The notes: generated from the letters alone by a model not told the origin. Positions 9,247 to 20,030 are shown, counted from the first letter of the stretch. The stretch is 64,000 nt of DNA from Actinomycetota bacterium (GCA_028697145.1 JAQVFR010000003.1:76834-140833), one strand, 5' to 3'. Numbers and translations: made by a program.

Positions 9247-10995
9247 TTACCATTCGCTCAGCGACCTGAGCTCCTGCTGGACTCTATCCACCAGATCCGA
9301 TATCTTTTCCTCCGCCTGCTCGGACGGGATCTCTTTCATGCGCGCTATCTCGTTCTTGATGGGGTGCTCGGTGGCCTGACGCAGCGGCACGCCCTGCACC
9401 AGCACCTCCTCCAGGCAGTCGTAATAGGTGAGTATGACCTTGAGCATCAGGTACTGCTTGCGCAGCGAACAGAAGGCGTCGGTGTCGGAGAAGGCGAACT
9501 GCTGCAGGAAGTCCTCGCGCAGCATGCGCGTGGTCTCGAGCACCGCCTTGGCGAAGTCGGGCAGGGCGTCGGGCCCAACCAGCTGCACGATCTCCTGCAG
9601 CTCGACCTCCTTTTGCAGCAGGCTCATGGCCTTGTCGCGCAAGGCCCTCCATTCCTCGTCCACGTTCTTCAGGTACCACTCCTGGATCTGGTCGAGGTAA
9701 AGGGTGTAGCTCTTTATCCAGCTGATAGCCGGGAAGTGGCGGCGGTAGGCCAGCGAGGTGTCCAGCGCCCAGAAGGCCCCGGTGATGCGCAGGGAGTTCT
9801 GGGTCATAGGCTCGGAGAAGTCGCCGCCGGGGGGCGAGACCGCCCCGATGGCGGTGATGGAGCCCATGCGCTCGTCGCTTCCCAGGCAGACCGCGCGGCC
9901 GCAACGCTCGTAGAAGTCCGCCAGGCGTGTGGCCAGATATGCGGGATACCCTTCCTCCCCGGGCATCTCCTCCAGGCGCCCGGAGACCTCGCGCAGCGCC
10001 TCTCCCCAACGCGAGGTGGAGTCGGCCATGAGCGCCACGTTATAGCCCATGTCGCGGTAATATTCGGCCAGGGTGATGCCGGTGTAGATGGAAGCCTCGC
10101 GGGCGGCCACGGGCATGTTCGAGGTGTTGGCCACCAGGATGGTACGCTGCATGAGCGGCACCCCCGTCTTGGGGTCGATGAGGCTGGGGAACTCCGCCAG
10201 CACCTCGGTTATCTCGTTGCCCCTCTCCCCACAGCCGATGTAGATGACGATGTCGGCGTCCGCCCATTTGGCCAGGGTGGTCTCGGTCACCGTCTTGCCG
10301 GTGCCGAAACCTCCGGGGATGATGCTGTATCCGCCCTGGGCGATGGGGAAGAAGGTGTCCAGGATGCGGGTGCCGGTGATGAAAGGTACGGTGGGGTTCT
10401 CCTTGTTCTTGACCGGCCGGGGCACGCGCGCCGGCCAGGTCTGGTGCAGCTTGATCTCGCCTCCGCCTTCCAGGACTACCACCGTATCGTCGACCGTGAA
10501 ATCGCCCTCCTTGACCTGGGCCACCTTGCCGGACATGCCGGGCGGGACCATGATGCGGTGGGCGATGTGGGCGGTCTCCTGAACCTCGCCCACGATGTCC
10601 CCCTCGCCGACCTCGTCGCCCTCCTCCACCATGGGCTCGAAGGTCCAGGTGCGGTCACGTGGAAGGGCGAGAGTGGTGACGCCGCGCACCATGAAGTCGC
10701 CGTGTTCTTCGGCGATATCGACCAGCCTTCTCTGGATGCCGTCGTAGATGGAGGACAGCAAGCCCGGCCCCAGCTCGATGAGCAGGGGCTCCTCGGTGCA
10801 CTCCACCCTCTCCCCCACCTTGAGGCCCGAGGTGTCCTCGTAGACCTGCACGATGGCGACGTCCCCGTCCAGGCGCACCACCTCACCGATGAGCCCGAGA
10901 TCGCCCACTTTGGTGATATCATACATCTTGGCGCCGGCCATACCCTCGGCGTTCACCACGGGTCCGGATACCTTGGCAATCGTTCCCTCGATCAT
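9247..10995 (-). CDS. atpA: V/A-type ATP synthase catalytic subunit A
   Basis: 582 aa. P-loop GGFGTGKT and the non-homologous insert typical of A subunits. Confidence 0.9.
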   Translation of the reverse strand: MIEGTIAKVSGPVVNAEGMAGAKMYDITKVGDLGLIGEVVRLDGDVAIVQVYEDTSGLKVGERVECTEEPLLIELGPGLLSSIYDGIQRRLVDIAEEHGDFMVRGVTTLALPRDRTWTFEPMVEEGDEVGEGDIVGEVQETAHIAHRIMVPPGMSGKVAQVKEGDFTVDDTVVVLEGGGEIKLHQTWPARVPRPVKNKENPTVPFITGTRILDTFFPIAQGGYSIIPGGFGTGKTVTETTLAKWADADIVIYIGCGERGNEITEVLAEFPSLIDPKTGVPLMQRTILVANTSNMPVAAREASIYTGITLAEYYRDMGYNVALMADSTSRWGEALREVSGRLEEMPGEEGYPAYLATRLADFYERCGRAVCLGSDERMGSITAIGAVSPPGGDFSEPMTQNSLRITGAFWALDTSLAYRRHFPAISWIKSYTLYLDQIQEWYLKNVDEEWRALRDKAMSLLQKEVELQEIVQLVGPDALPDFAKAVLETTRMLREDFLQQFAFSDTDAFCSLRKQYLMLKVILTYYDCLEEVLVQGVPLRQATEHPIKNEIARMKEIPSEQAEEKISDLVDRVQQELRSLSEW

Positions 10996-11060
10996 ACCGA
11001 CACTCTCCCGTCTCCTAATCCTTCCCGCCTGCTAATATCCATCGCATCGCACCGGCTCAC

Positions 11061-11402
11061 CTATTCTCCCTCGCGACCCCGCAGGGTTATGTCGAACCCT
11101 ATGGCGCGATGGATGAGGCGGGCCAGGTACGCCCGCCGCTCCCCCGCCATCTCCACCGTCTCCTTGATGGGGAGGGGGATGACGATCGGCCGGTAGATGC
11201 TGTCTATCTTCTCCTGGGTCTTCTCGTCGATGTTATCGTAGAAGTGCTCGTTTACGGCCAGTATGCCGGCGTTGGGGTCATCCAGGAGGAGCTTGATCTT
11301 CTCCGATGCCTCGTCGGCGTTCTCGGCCTCCACCACGCTCACGCCCGCCAGGCGGAACCCATCCGCCGTCTCCGGGTCGGTCACCACTATGGCCTTGTAC
11401 AC
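11061..11402 (-). CDS. atpF: V/A-type ATP synthase subunit F
   Basis: 113 aa. MYKAIVVTDPETADGFRLAGV… is subunit F-like. GTG start. Confidence 0.8.
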   Translation of the reverse strand: MYKAIVVTDPETADGFRLAGVSVVEAENADEASEKIKLLLDDPNAGILAVNEHFYDNIDEKTQEKIDSIYRPIVIPLPIKETVEMAGERRAYLARLIHRAIGFDITLRGREGE

Positions 11403-11424
11403 CGGTCCCCACCTCTCCGGGCCG

Positions 11425-12522
11425 CTACTTCTCCCGTCCTTCCGTCTCCCGCATGTAGAGTTCCTTGCGGATCTGGGACTCGATCAGCCCGATGCTCTTT
11501 CCGCGCAGTATGATGCGCAGGTTCGTTATCTCCAGGTATTTCCTCCACATATATTCGATGATCACCCCGATGCCCAGGGGATCCTTGGACATCTTGAGGC
11601 AGCTCTCTATGACGTGCTTCTCCATCTCGTCCTCGAACGCGCTCTCTCCGCGCTCCTCGAAATTGCTCCATGCTTTCTCCAGGACTTTGCGGTAAGGGGT
11701 CTTCCTGCACAGCGCCTCGTACACCTGCTCCGGCTGCCCCAGCTCCATGATCCTCGTGAACTCCTTGGCGGTGGCGATGGTCCCGCCAGGCACAAAATAA
11801 TCTTCCGCCTTGGCGTCGGCGAGCTCGAGGCCGCAGATGCGCATGAGGGTCACGATGTTGATGGTGTCGATCTCCATCTTCACCACCTCGCGCACCAGCC
11901 CGGTGTTGGCATCGCCCCCCTTGAGCTGCTCGACGATCTTCGTGTAATGCAGCTTGTCCAGCGCCAGCTCCAGGATGGAGAGGTCCTGCTCCCGCAGGTA
12001 TTCGTCGAGGTGCTCGGTGAGAGCCTGCCCGTAGGGGACGCGCCAGTCGATGCTGAACATCACGATGGCGTCGATGGAGGCGCGCAGGTCGGGCTGGCTC
12101 ACGATCTCCTCGAGCACCACCTCGTCCAGGTAACCTATGGGTACCATGTTGCGCATGATCTCCGCCTTGGGGACGAGGGCGCGCATGCCACGCAGGGCGG
12201 TCTTGAGGTTATAGAGGTCCCAGCGGGCGAGGAGCGCATTCATCATCTCCTCGGGCTTGCCCATGAAGAATTCCTTTATCCTGGAGAAATTGCGCACGAA
12301 ATTGCGGTTGAAGGCGCGGTCCATGATGGTTGGCCGGGCGCCCTCCATCATGAAATGCTCGATGTCCTCCGCGTACTCGGTTTCCTCCAGTACCGCGATG
12401 GCCCGGTTGTAATCCGGCGCTTCGAGCAAGCTCTTGTATACGCTGTCGTCAAGGAGGCGGGCGTTCATAGCCCGCACCCTGGCATTGGCGTAGCTGTAAT
12501 CTTTCAGCGGGACCTGAACCAT
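11425..12522 (-). CDS. atpC: V/A-type ATP synthase subunit C (d)
   Basis: The track ORF (to 13131) has a spurious R/G-rich N-terminal extension that overlaps atpE. The real start is the ATG giving MVQVPLKDYSYANARVRAMNARLL…, preceded by GGAAA. Confidence 0.8.
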   Translation of the reverse strand: MVQVPLKDYSYANARVRAMNARLLDDSVYKSLLEAPDYNRAIAVLEETEYAEDIEHFMMEGARPTIMDRAFNRNFVRNFSRIKEFFMGKPEEMMNALLARWDLYNLKTALRGMRALVPKAEIMRNMVPIGYLDEVVLEEIVSQPDLRASIDAIVMFSIDWRVPYGQALTEHLDEYLREQDLSILELALDKLHYTKIVEQLKGGDANTGLVREVVKMEIDTINIVTLMRICGLELADAKAEDYFVPGGTIATAKEFTRIMELGQPEQVYEALCRKTPYRKVLEKAWSNFEERGESAFEDEMEKHVIESCLKMSKDPLGIGVIIEYMWRKYLEITNLRIILRGKSIGLIESQIRKELYMRETEGREK

Positions 12523-12560
12523 TATTTCCGCCTTTCGCCGCCGACATCGAAAGAGGGGGC

Positions 12561-13169
12561 TTAACCCCCTCCCGCCGCGGCCTTGACCTCCTCGCCGAAG
12601 AGGATTCCCGAGACGTGCATGCGCAATTTTTCTCGCGCGCGGTTCAATCTCTCCTCCACGGTGTTGACGATCCTCACCCTTCCATCCGCGTCGGTGATCG
12701 TGGCTCCTCCGGCGGTCTCGATATCTGAGCGCAGCTCGTAATCGCACCCCCGCTTGCGCATCACCATCTCCGCCGCCGCTTCGTCCGCGGGATCGACGTG
12801 CACCACGACCTTGCCGCTGATACGCGTCATCCCTTCGTCGATCAGGCTCTCCAGGATGGACGGGTAATCCTGGCGCGACCTCAGGTCGCGCAACCTCTCC
12901 TCCGTTTGCGCCAGGGCTTTTTCCGCGATCACTTCCTTGGCCGAGATGACCGCGTTCTTCGATTTCAGGCGGGCGGAATAGAGCATGGAGGTCGTCTCGC
13001 TCTGCGCCTCCGCCTTCACTTTCGCCAGCTTGGCCTGGCGGATGGCCTCGGCTTCCACCTGGGCTTTGTCCAGGATCTGCTTGGCCTCCGCTTCGGCCCG
13101 GCTGAAGATCTCCTGGCACTCCTGACGGCACTGGTCGTCAAGCGCCTGCAGGATGTCCTCTATAGACAT
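12561..13169 (-). CDS. atpE: V/A-type ATP synthase subunit E
   Basis: 202 aa. Charged helical stator-stalk sequence. Confidence 0.8.
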   Translation of the reverse strand: MSIEDILQALDDQCRQECQEIFSRAEAEAKQILDKAQVEAEAIRQAKLAKVKAEAQSETTSMLYSARLKSKNAVISAKEVIAEKALAQTEERLRDLRSRQDYPSILESLIDEGMTRISGKVVVHVDPADEAAAEMVMRKRGCDYELRSDIETAGGATITDADGRVRIVNTVEERLNRAREKLRMHVSGILFGEEVKAAAGGG

Positions 13170-13224
13170 GCCTTCACTTCCTGTAGTGTTAAGGTTGGGT
13201 ACGTGCCGGGTATCGTCCTACGGA

Positions 13225-13458
13225 TTATTCTCCGGGTTTCAGCCCGATAATCAGGAAGGATATAACGAATCCCAGTACTACCATGGTCTCGGGAATGGCG
13301 ATCATGATGATTGCGTTACCAACGAGCTCCGGTTTTTCCGCCAGCGCTCCCGCCATTGCAGCCCCGATCTTCGACTGCGACCACCCGGTCGCCAGAGCGG
13401 CCAGGCCTATAGCAAGGGCAGCTCCGATGGCGATGAGTCCAAGTTCCAAGCTATTCAC
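13225..13458 (-). CDS. atpK: V/A-type ATP synthase proteolipid subunit K (c)
   Basis: 77 aa. Two-helix proteolipid with a conserved carboxylate (…IPETMVVLGFV…). Confidence 0.85.
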   Translation of the reverse strand: MNSLELGLIAIGAALAIGLAALATGWSQSKIGAAMAGALAEKPELVGNAIIMIAIPETMVVLGFVISFLIIGLKPGE

Positions 13459-15469
13459 CTCCTGATCGTTTGAACGGCTTATAGACTACGTCTGCTTCCT
13501 GGTAAAACTTGGTGAAACTCTCAACCAAGTTGAGACGGAGGGATTGGATGGATGGGCTGAGTATTCCCAGGGCGATGTTCAACGTATGCAGCGCTCCCGC
13601 GACGATCACCCCCAGGATGATCATGAAGCCGCCACCGAATTCCGCGCCCAGCTCGTTGGCCACCTCGGCCAGGATCACCGAGGCCAGTCCGATGCCGTAG
13701 AGTCGGGCGTAGGACAGGAGGTTGCCGAAGGTGAGCGCCGCCTCCAGACCGCCCCCGAAGCCTCCACCGTAGCCGGCGAATCCGATGCCGACCACCGCCA
13801 TCACCGCCCACAGCGGCATGAGCACGCTCTTGGCGTCCTTGAAAGCCCACATGCCGAGGCCGACGAAGACCAGGCCGAGGATGAACATCAGGTACCCCGC
13901 CTTCTCGAAGGCATGCTTGCGGTCGTGATGGCGTATGCCGTCGATGAGCCCGATGGTCAGGGCCGCGCCCATGTGCAGGGCCCCGATGCAGATAACGATG
14001 ACGAGCAGCAGGCCGAAGAGGTTCTCGTTGGCCTGGGCTATACGTTCAAGGGGCCATCCCCAGGGTTTGCCGTTGGAGGTGTAACCCCATATCCACTGCA
14101 CCTCGGCGTGCCCGGCGGCATCTTTCCAGCCGAAGAGGCGGAAGAGCAGGTCTCCGAAGAACTCGAAGTAGAGAAGACCGAATATGAAAGACGATATTCC
14201 CGAGATAAAGAGAACATTCGCGAAGAGGGTCATGAAGACGCTCTTTGATTCGCGTTTCTTCATGATGCGCTTCATGAGCCATACCGCCCCGAATATAACC
14301 AGGGCATACCCCATGTCCCCCAGCATGAACCCGAAGAGGAGGGGGAAGAAGATGGCCACCAGGAAGGTGGGGTCGAGATGCCCGTACTTTGGCGGCTTGA
14401 TGAGGAGGTAGATGAACTCGAAGGGCTTGACCGCCGCCGGGTTATGCATGGCGGAGGGAGCCTCCTCCATCTCCGCGTGGGTGGGCATCTCCTCGGTGAT
14501 CTCCACCTTCCCCTCGTACTTTTCCTCCAGGAGCTTGCGCGTCTCCTCGACCTTGTCCGAGGGCATCCAGCCCGTGATCACGAAGACGTGCCCGCTCTGC
14601 CCGAACTTGGGGATGGCGTTGAGGGATTCCACGCGATCGGCGAGATATCCCTTTAGCGCCACCAGGGTTGCGTACCATTTGTTGGAAATATCCTCCAGGT
14701 CTTCCTTGACCTTCTTCAGCTTGGGGGGTATCTCCTTGTAGCGGGTCTCTATCTCCTGCAGCGCCTCGTCGTAGGGCTTGTCGGCAAGCTCGGTGGGAAG
14801 GCGCACCTGGTTGACGTTCTCCGCGGCCAGGAAGTTGTGCACCTGCTCGGAGTAGCGCTTGTGAAATACCAGGATGGCGGCGTGGGTGTTCTCGTCCACT
14901 CGGGCCGAGAATACGTCGCACTGCCCGCTGGTAATCCTCTCCAGCTCCTGCTCGATATAATCCAGGACCTGCTTGTAACGCTCCTCGATGAGCAGGGCTA
15001 CGGAGGTGTATTGCTCGGTGGTGGTGACCTTGCTGGCCAGGGGATAGACCTTCTTGATGATGGGCTCGTACTTCGAGAGGCGGGACATCTCCACTTCCAG
15101 CTCGTTCTTGTAGGAGATCAGCTCCCTGGTCGCGCTCTCTTCCTCTTCCACCATGGCCGATATGTCGGCGAGGGTCCTGCCCTGGAACGACCCGTATTTC
15201 TCGTCAATAACGGCGCTGCTTATCCGCTCCTTCGGCGGCGCCAGTTCGGAGAGAATGGCGTTGTTGCGCATCGCCAGGTTCTGTAAAAGGTTTCTTTCCT
15301 CCTCCAGTGCCGGGTCCATCTCCATGGGGATAAGATCCGCGTAGCGCGGGCCCCTCTTCTTGGTGATGTCCTCGAGATGGAGCGTGCCCAGGTCCTGCAG
15401 GGTCTCGAGCACCTGGAAGAACAGGGTCTTCACCCCCACGATCTCCACTTTTGACATCGTCAATAACAT
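13451..15469 (-). CDS. atpI: V/A-type ATP synthase subunit I (a)
   Basis: 672 aa. Soluble N-domain plus a C-terminal polytopic membrane domain. Confidence 0.85.
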   Translation of the reverse strand: MLLTMSKVEIVGVKTLFFQVLETLQDLGTLHLEDITKKRGPRYADLIPMEMDPALEEERNLLQNLAMRNNAILSELAPPKERISSAVIDEKYGSFQGRTLADISAMVEEEESATRELISYKNELEVEMSRLSKYEPIIKKVYPLASKVTTTEQYTSVALLIEERYKQVLDYIEQELERITSGQCDVFSARVDENTHAAILVFHKRYSEQVHNFLAAENVNQVRLPTELADKPYDEALQEIETRYKEIPPKLKKVKEDLEDISNKWYATLVALKGYLADRVESLNAIPKFGQSGHVFVITGWMPSDKVEETRKLLEEKYEGKVEITEEMPTHAEMEEAPSAMHNPAAVKPFEFIYLLIKPPKYGHLDPTFLVAIFFPLLFGFMLGDMGYALVIFGAVWLMKRIMKKRESKSVFMTLFANVLFISGISSFIFGLLYFEFFGDLLFRLFGWKDAAGHAEVQWIWGYTSNGKPWGWPLERIAQANENLFGLLLVIVICIGALHMGAALTIGLIDGIRHHDRKHAFEKAGYLMFILGLVFVGLGMWAFKDAKSVLMPLWAVMAVVGIGFAGYGGGFGGGLEAALTFGNLLSYARLYGIGLASVILAEVANELGAEFGGGFMIILGVIVAGALHTLNIALGILSPSIQSLRLNLVESFTKFYQEADVVYKPFKRSGGE

Positions 15470-15578
15470 GCCAGTTTCCCCCTATTGCCTTCCCGTCTTG
15501 TCGACCATGTCCGATGTGATCCTTCTCTTATCCTCGCTCTCCCGCCCCACCGCGTCGCGGCTCAGAAGCCGCAGGGCT

Positions 15579-16007
15579 TCAGGCCTGCTGAGCCGTGGTG
15601 AAAATCGCGCTGACAATAAAATCCACCGCCTGGTCCAGGTTCTTCTCGCCGACTCTCTCGACCTCGGCGATCTCCTTGGCGGTGGCGTTCTCTATCTCGC
15701 CGATCTCCTCGTGGGCGGCGGCGATCATCTTGGCATAAGCGTCTTTTCCGATCTCCTCCAGGGTGGCTTTGCGCTTGATCGCGGCTGCTTGCCCCTTGGC
15801 ATCCTCGATAAGGCGATCTCCCCTGATCCTCTCGTTGCTCGTCTTGGTCCGGATCTCCACCTCTTTGGCGGATATGCGGCTGAAAACCTCGGTCTTTGCC
15901 CCTACGAACTTCTCTTCCAGTTGGTCGGATATGTGTTTCTCTTCCTTGCCCCTTACCCTGACTTTCTCGGTTTTGCCCTTCTTCACCTTTTCCTTTGTTC
16001 CTGCCAT
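15579..16007 (-). CDS. V/A-type ATP synthase subunit H/G-like; first gene of the operon
   Basis: 142 aa. Lys/Glu-rich helical protein. Its position matches atpG/H in the Thermus-type order G-I-L-E-C-F-A-B-D. Confidence 0.55.
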   Translation of the reverse strand: MAGTKEKVKKGKTEKVRVRGKEEKHISDQLEEKFVGAKTEVFSRISAKEVEIRTKTSNERIRGDRLIEDAKGQAAAIKRKATLEEIGKDAYAKMIAAAHEEIGEIENATAKEIAEVERVGEKNLDQAVDFIVSAIFTTAQQA

Positions 16008-16104
16008 GCTGTTTCGACCTCTTGCTTCGACTCTGGCCGGCCTTCGTCTTCCCGCCGGAACTGGTTTTCCAGCCCTTCAACTGGCGTCCTGCCAATCCCG
16101 TAAC

Positions 16105-16133
16105 ATAATATATGCAGGGGTAATACATGTCAA
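16105..16133 (-). promoter_or_regulatory. Sigma70-like promoter of the V-ATPase operon (TTGACA-N17-TATTAT)
   Basis: Read directly on the minus strand: -35 TTGACA at 16133-16128, a 17-nt spacer, -10 TATTAT at 16110-16105. This is about 95 nt upstream of the first ATG (16007). Confidence 0.5.
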
Positions 16134-16212
16134 TAAATCTGCGGTGTTAATCGGTATCCCCGCTAGTAACGCCGCCAGCAGGCCAGCTTTTGGCCTTGCA
16201 CTCCGGGGGGGC

Positions 16213-16992
16213 TCATTGCGATTTCCCCTTGTTTTCCCTGTCGTAGATCAACCGCAGGCCGTGGAGGGTGAGCAGCGGGTCGTGGAACTGCACGGTTCGG
16301 CACTCATCCACCACCACCTCGGCGAGCCCTCCCGTCGCCACCACCGTGACCCCTTCCCCCAGCTCTTCCTGCATGAGTTCGACCACGCGGTCGACCTGGC
16401 CCGCGAAGCCGAAGACGATGCCCGATTGCAGGCTCCATACCGTGTTCTTGCCGATGATCGTCGGGGGGCGGCGCATGTCCACGCGCGTGAGGCGGGCGGC
16501 GGCTCTGAACAGGGCCTGCGACGATATCTCGATCCCCGGCGCTATCACCCCTCCGAGATACTCGCCTTGCCTTGAAATGGCGTCAAACGTGGTCGCGGTG
16601 CCGAAATCGACCACTATACCCGGCCCGCCGTATCTCTCGTAGGCGGCCACCGCGTTCACCAGCCGGTCGGGCCCGACCTCGCCGGGATTGTCGATGAGGA
16701 CGCTGATGCCCGCGTCCACGTTGATGCCCACGATGAGCGGCTCGAAGTCCCAGTATTCCCTGGTCATATGCTCCAGGGCCATGGTGGCCGAAGGGACCAC
16801 GGAGGAGATGATCACGGCGTCGAACGCGGAGAACGAAAGCCCCTTGAGCAGGAGAAAGCCCTGGTAGTTGAGGGCCAGTTCGTCCCCGGTCTTGTTGGAG
16901 TCGGTCGAGATCCTCCAGTTTCCCACCAGCTCGTCTCCACGGTAAGCCCCGATCACCGTCTGGGTGTTTCCGACGTCAATGGCAAGCAACAT
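16213..16992 (-). CDS. coaX: Type III pantothenate kinase
   Basis: MLLAIDVGNTQTVIGAY… is a CoaX/Bvg accessory-factor family N-terminus. 259 aa. Confidence 0.85.
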   Translation of the reverse strand: MLLAIDVGNTQTVIGAYRGDELVGNWRISTDSNKTGDELALNYQGFLLLKGLSFSAFDAVIISSVVPSATMALEHMTREYWDFEPLIVGINVDAGISVLIDNPGEVGPDRLVNAVAAYERYGGPGIVVDFGTATTFDAISRQGEYLGGVIAPGIEISSQALFRAAARLTRVDMRRPPTIIGKNTVWSLQSGIVFGFAGQVDRVVELMQEELGEGVTVVATGGLAEVVVDECRTVQFHDPLLTLHGLRLIYDRENKGKSQ

Positions 16993-17405
16993 GATGGACC
17001 TCCAGTTGTCGGATCGACAAGACCCTTTTGCCTCCGGTGCGACACCTCACTTATTATCCTAGACCCTGGCTGTTCCCGCCACTCTGTATTCCCGCTTATC
17101 TGCGCATTTCCGCTCTCTCCATAACCACCAACAGGGCTCACGCGCTGCATTTAGCGCCCGCGGCGCGAAACGTCAAGTCTGCGCAGCTGCGTGTGCCGGG
17201 ATTTATCCTGGCACCATATCCCTTTACCTTGTGCCTAACGTACCGATACATGGCCACCCCTGCCTTTTGAGACCAGGTCTCATCCGGGGAAACGCAGGGA
17301 AGATCGTGACACCCACCCCCCCAAAGCCGCCTGCGCGCAGTGCCAGGGCCAGGTTTTATCCTACCCCCGATCGCCATTACCTCAGACCAACGACCTCTCC
17401 AGCAA

Positions 17406-18254
17406 CTACTCAGAGAGTAGATCCAGCGCTATATCCAGAGCCCTGGCGCTGTGCGTGAGGGCACCCGCGGAGATGAAATCCACCCCGGTCTGCGCGTAGG
17501 CGGCCACGTTTTCCAGGTTTATCCCGCCAGAGGCCTCCAGCCTTACCCGGCCACGCGCTCTCTCCACCGCCTCCCTCACCTCTCCAGGGTCCATATTATC
17601 CAGCATGATCACGTCGGCCCCCGCCTGGATGGCCTCCTCGAGGTCCTCGAGCCGCTGCACCTCGACCTCGATGCTCATATCCTTCCCTACGGCCTCCCGG
17701 GCCGACTTCACCGCCTTGCCGGTGCCGCCCACGGCCGCCACGTGGTTGTCTTTTATCAGCACGGCGTCGTAAAGACCGAAGCGGTGGTTTTTGCCTCCCC
17801 CGGCCCGCACGGCATATTTCTCCAGGCTCCGCAAGCCGGGAGTGGTCTTGCGCGTGTCCATTATCACCGCTCCATGGGGGGCGGCCGCGGCCACGAAGCG
17901 CGACGTCAGGGTGGCTATCCCCGACAGCCTCTGCAGGAAGTTCAATGCCGTCCTCTCACCCTCCAGGATAACCAGGACCGGGCCCTCCACCACGGCTATC
18001 TCGCTGCCGGCGGGAAGGTGGTCTCCATCGTTCGCCGTGGGCATGAATTTCACCCTGGTGTCCAGGAGCCTGAAAACCATGGAGGCCAGGGGAAGGCCCG
18101 CCACCACACCGTCTTCGCGCAGGACCATCCGCCCCCTGCCCCTGGCCCCGGGGGATATGAGGGCTCGGGAGGTGATATCGCCCGAGCTCTGGAGGTCCTC
18201 GTCCAGCGCCCTCCTGACCGCCTCCAGGCAAATATGTCGAAACTCCTCGTCCAT
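17406..18254 (-). CDS. nadC: Nicotinate-nucleotide pyrophosphorylase (quinolinate phosphoribosyltransferase)
   Basis: 282 aa. NadC fold. Adjacent to nadA and nadB. Confidence 0.85.
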   Translation of the reverse strand: MDEEFRHICLEAVRRALDEDLQSSGDITSRALISPGARGRGRMVLREDGVVAGLPLASMVFRLLDTRVKFMPTANDGDHLPAGSEIAVVEGPVLVILEGERTALNFLQRLSGIATLTSRFVAAAAPHGAVIMDTRKTTPGLRSLEKYAVRAGGGKNHRFGLYDAVLIKDNHVAAVGGTGKAVKSAREAVGKDMSIEVEVQRLEDLEEAIQAGADVIMLDNMDPGEVREAVERARGRVRLEASGGINLENVAAYAQTGVDFISAGALTHSARALDIALDLLSE

Positions 18255-18359
18255 TCTCCCTACCCCTCTCGCTGCCGCGCCGCCCGCTCAAGACCGTGAC
18301 CTCGCTTCTGACCGCGTTGCGGTGCAGCCAGGTCCCGATCTTGCCCTGCCTGGTCGCTG

Positions 18360-20030
18360 TTATTCATCCCCCACCCCTCCGTCTCCGGCACCCGTAAGCG
18401 CGCCGACCGCCCTGAGCTCGTGGGCGATTTCGCCATCCTCGACGCGAAAAACGATGTGCTTGCGCCAGAACTCCGCCTGACCGGGAAAATCGACGCGGTA
18501 ATGGCAGCCCCGGCTCTCCTCGCGCAGGAGCGAAGCCCTTATCATCAAGGCGGAGAGGGTGATCATGTTCTGGAGCTCGAATCCCTGGGGATTGAGGTAT
18601 TCCACCCTGAGGACCTCGAGGTTCTTCGCGATGAACTCCATGGCCTCCTCCAGGCCCTCCTTGCTCCTGCGGAACCCTACGCAGTCCATCATCATCTGTT
18701 GCACGAAACGGCGCAGCAGGCTCATCTCCACCGGAAGGCGGCTCCTCTTGGACCTGTGCCTGAGCCCACTGAGACCATCCAGCTCCCTCGCTCCCTCGGA
18801 GACGGCCCGCGGCAGCTCCTGCATGATGCGCCAGCTGAAAACCAGTCCCTCCAGGAGGGAGTTGGAGGCCAGGCGGTTCGCTCCGTGAACGCCGGTGCAG
18901 GCCACCTCGCCGCAAGCGTAGAGGCCCTTGACGCGCGTCCTGCCGTGCAGGTCCGTCACCACCCCCCCGCTCATATAGTGCGCGGCGGGCGATACCGGTA
19001 TGGGCACCTGGGTGATGTCCACGCCGGCCTCCAGGCAATGCCTGTAGATGGTGGGAAAGCGTTCCTTGAGCTTATCCGCGGGGATGTGCGTGGCGTCGAG
19101 GAGGAGATGATCGATCCCCTGCTCCTTCATCACCCTTACCATCTCGTTGACCACCGTGTCCCGGGGCGCCAGGTCCTTGAGGGGATGGACGCCGTCCATG
19201 ATCCTGTTCCCGGAGTGATCCACTATCACGGCCCCCTCTCCCCGCAACGCCTCGCTGATCAGCCAGCGCGGCGTCTCCGGCAGGTGCAGCGAGGTGGGGT
19301 GAAACTGCAGGAACTCCAGGTCGGCGACCTCCGCCCCGGCGCGCAGCGCCATGGACACCCCGTCACCCGTGCATATCTCCGGGTTGGTGGTCACCGGGTA
19401 CAGTTGGCCCATGCCGCCCATGGCCAGCACCACGGCCGGCGCACGGAAATAATTCATCGTCCCCTCCTCGGCGTTCATGCCGAGGACGCCGGCACAGCGT
19501 CCGTCCAGGGTGAGGATATCGATGGCGTAGTAATTCTCGAAAACGTCGAGGCGCTTGTTGTAGAGGAGTCGCCGTGTCAGGCTCGCCTCCAGCTCGCTGC
19601 CCGTGGCGTCCCCCTGCGCGTGGGCGACCCTGCGCCTGGAGTGACCGCCTTCGATGGTCAGGTCGAGGTGCCCGTCGACGCAGTCGAAGTGGGCGCCTAC
19701 CTCCTCGATGAGCTCGGTTATGCGCCTCGGACCCTCGCGCACCAGGGTCCACACCGCTTCCTCCTCGCACAGCCCCTTGCCGGCCTTGATGGTGTCCTCG
19801 AAATGGAGCTCGGGGCTGTCATCGGCCCCGAGGGCGGAGGCTATGCCCCCCTGTGCGATCCTCGTCGCCGTCACGGTGAGCGTGGTCTTGGTGAGCAGGG
19901 CCACCCGGAAGCGGCGTGCCGCCCGCAGCGCGGTGGAGAGGCCGGCCACGCCGCTCCCCACCACTACCAGGTCGAAGCCGACACCCGGCAGGTCCTCCAG
20001 GTCGAAATTGACGAGATAGCGTGGGATCAC
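18360..20030 (-). CDS. nadB: L-aspartate oxidase
   Basis: 556 aa. FAD motif DLVVVGSGVAGLSTAL and succinate-DH/fumarate-reductase flavoprotein family fold. GTG start. Confidence 0.9.
   Translation of the reverse strand: MIPRYLVNFDLEDLPGVGFDLVVVGSGVAGLSTALRAARRFRVALLTKTTLTVTATRIAQGGIASALGADDSPELHFEDTIKAGKGLCEEEAVWTLVREGPRRITELIEEVGAHFDCVDGHLDLTIEGGHSRRRVAHAQGDATGSELEASLTRRLLYNKRLDVFENYYAIDILTLDGRCAGVLGMNAEEGTMNYFRAPAVVLAMGGMGQLYPVTTNPEICTGDGVSMALRAGAEVADLEFLQFHPTSLHLPETPRWLISEALRGEGAVIVDHSGNRIMDGVHPLKDLAPRDTVVNEMVRVMKEQGIDHLLLDATHIPADKLKERFPTIYRHCLEAGVDITQVPIPVSPAAHYMSGGVVTDLHGRTRVKGLYACGEVACTGVHGANRLASNSLLEGLVFSWRIMQELPRAVSEGARELDGLSGLRHRSKRSRLPVEMSLLRRFVQQMMMDCVGFRRSKEGLEEAMEFIAKNLEVLRVEYLNPQGFELQNMITLSALMIRASLLREESRGCHYRVDFPGQAEFWRKHIVFRVEDGEIAHELRAVGALTGAGDGGVGDE

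Noticed and set aside
9364-11196. 610-aa plus-strand ORF
   Set aside because: Antisense to atpA. Low-complexity.
12523-13131. N-terminal ~200 codons of track ORF 11425..13131
   Set aside because: R/G-rich and overlaps atpE in another frame. The real atpC start is the ATG at 12522.
15562-16128. 188-aa minus-strand ORF overlapping subunit H
   Set aside because: Alternate frame, Arg/Gly-rich. The subunit H frame gives a coherent K/E-rich helical protein.
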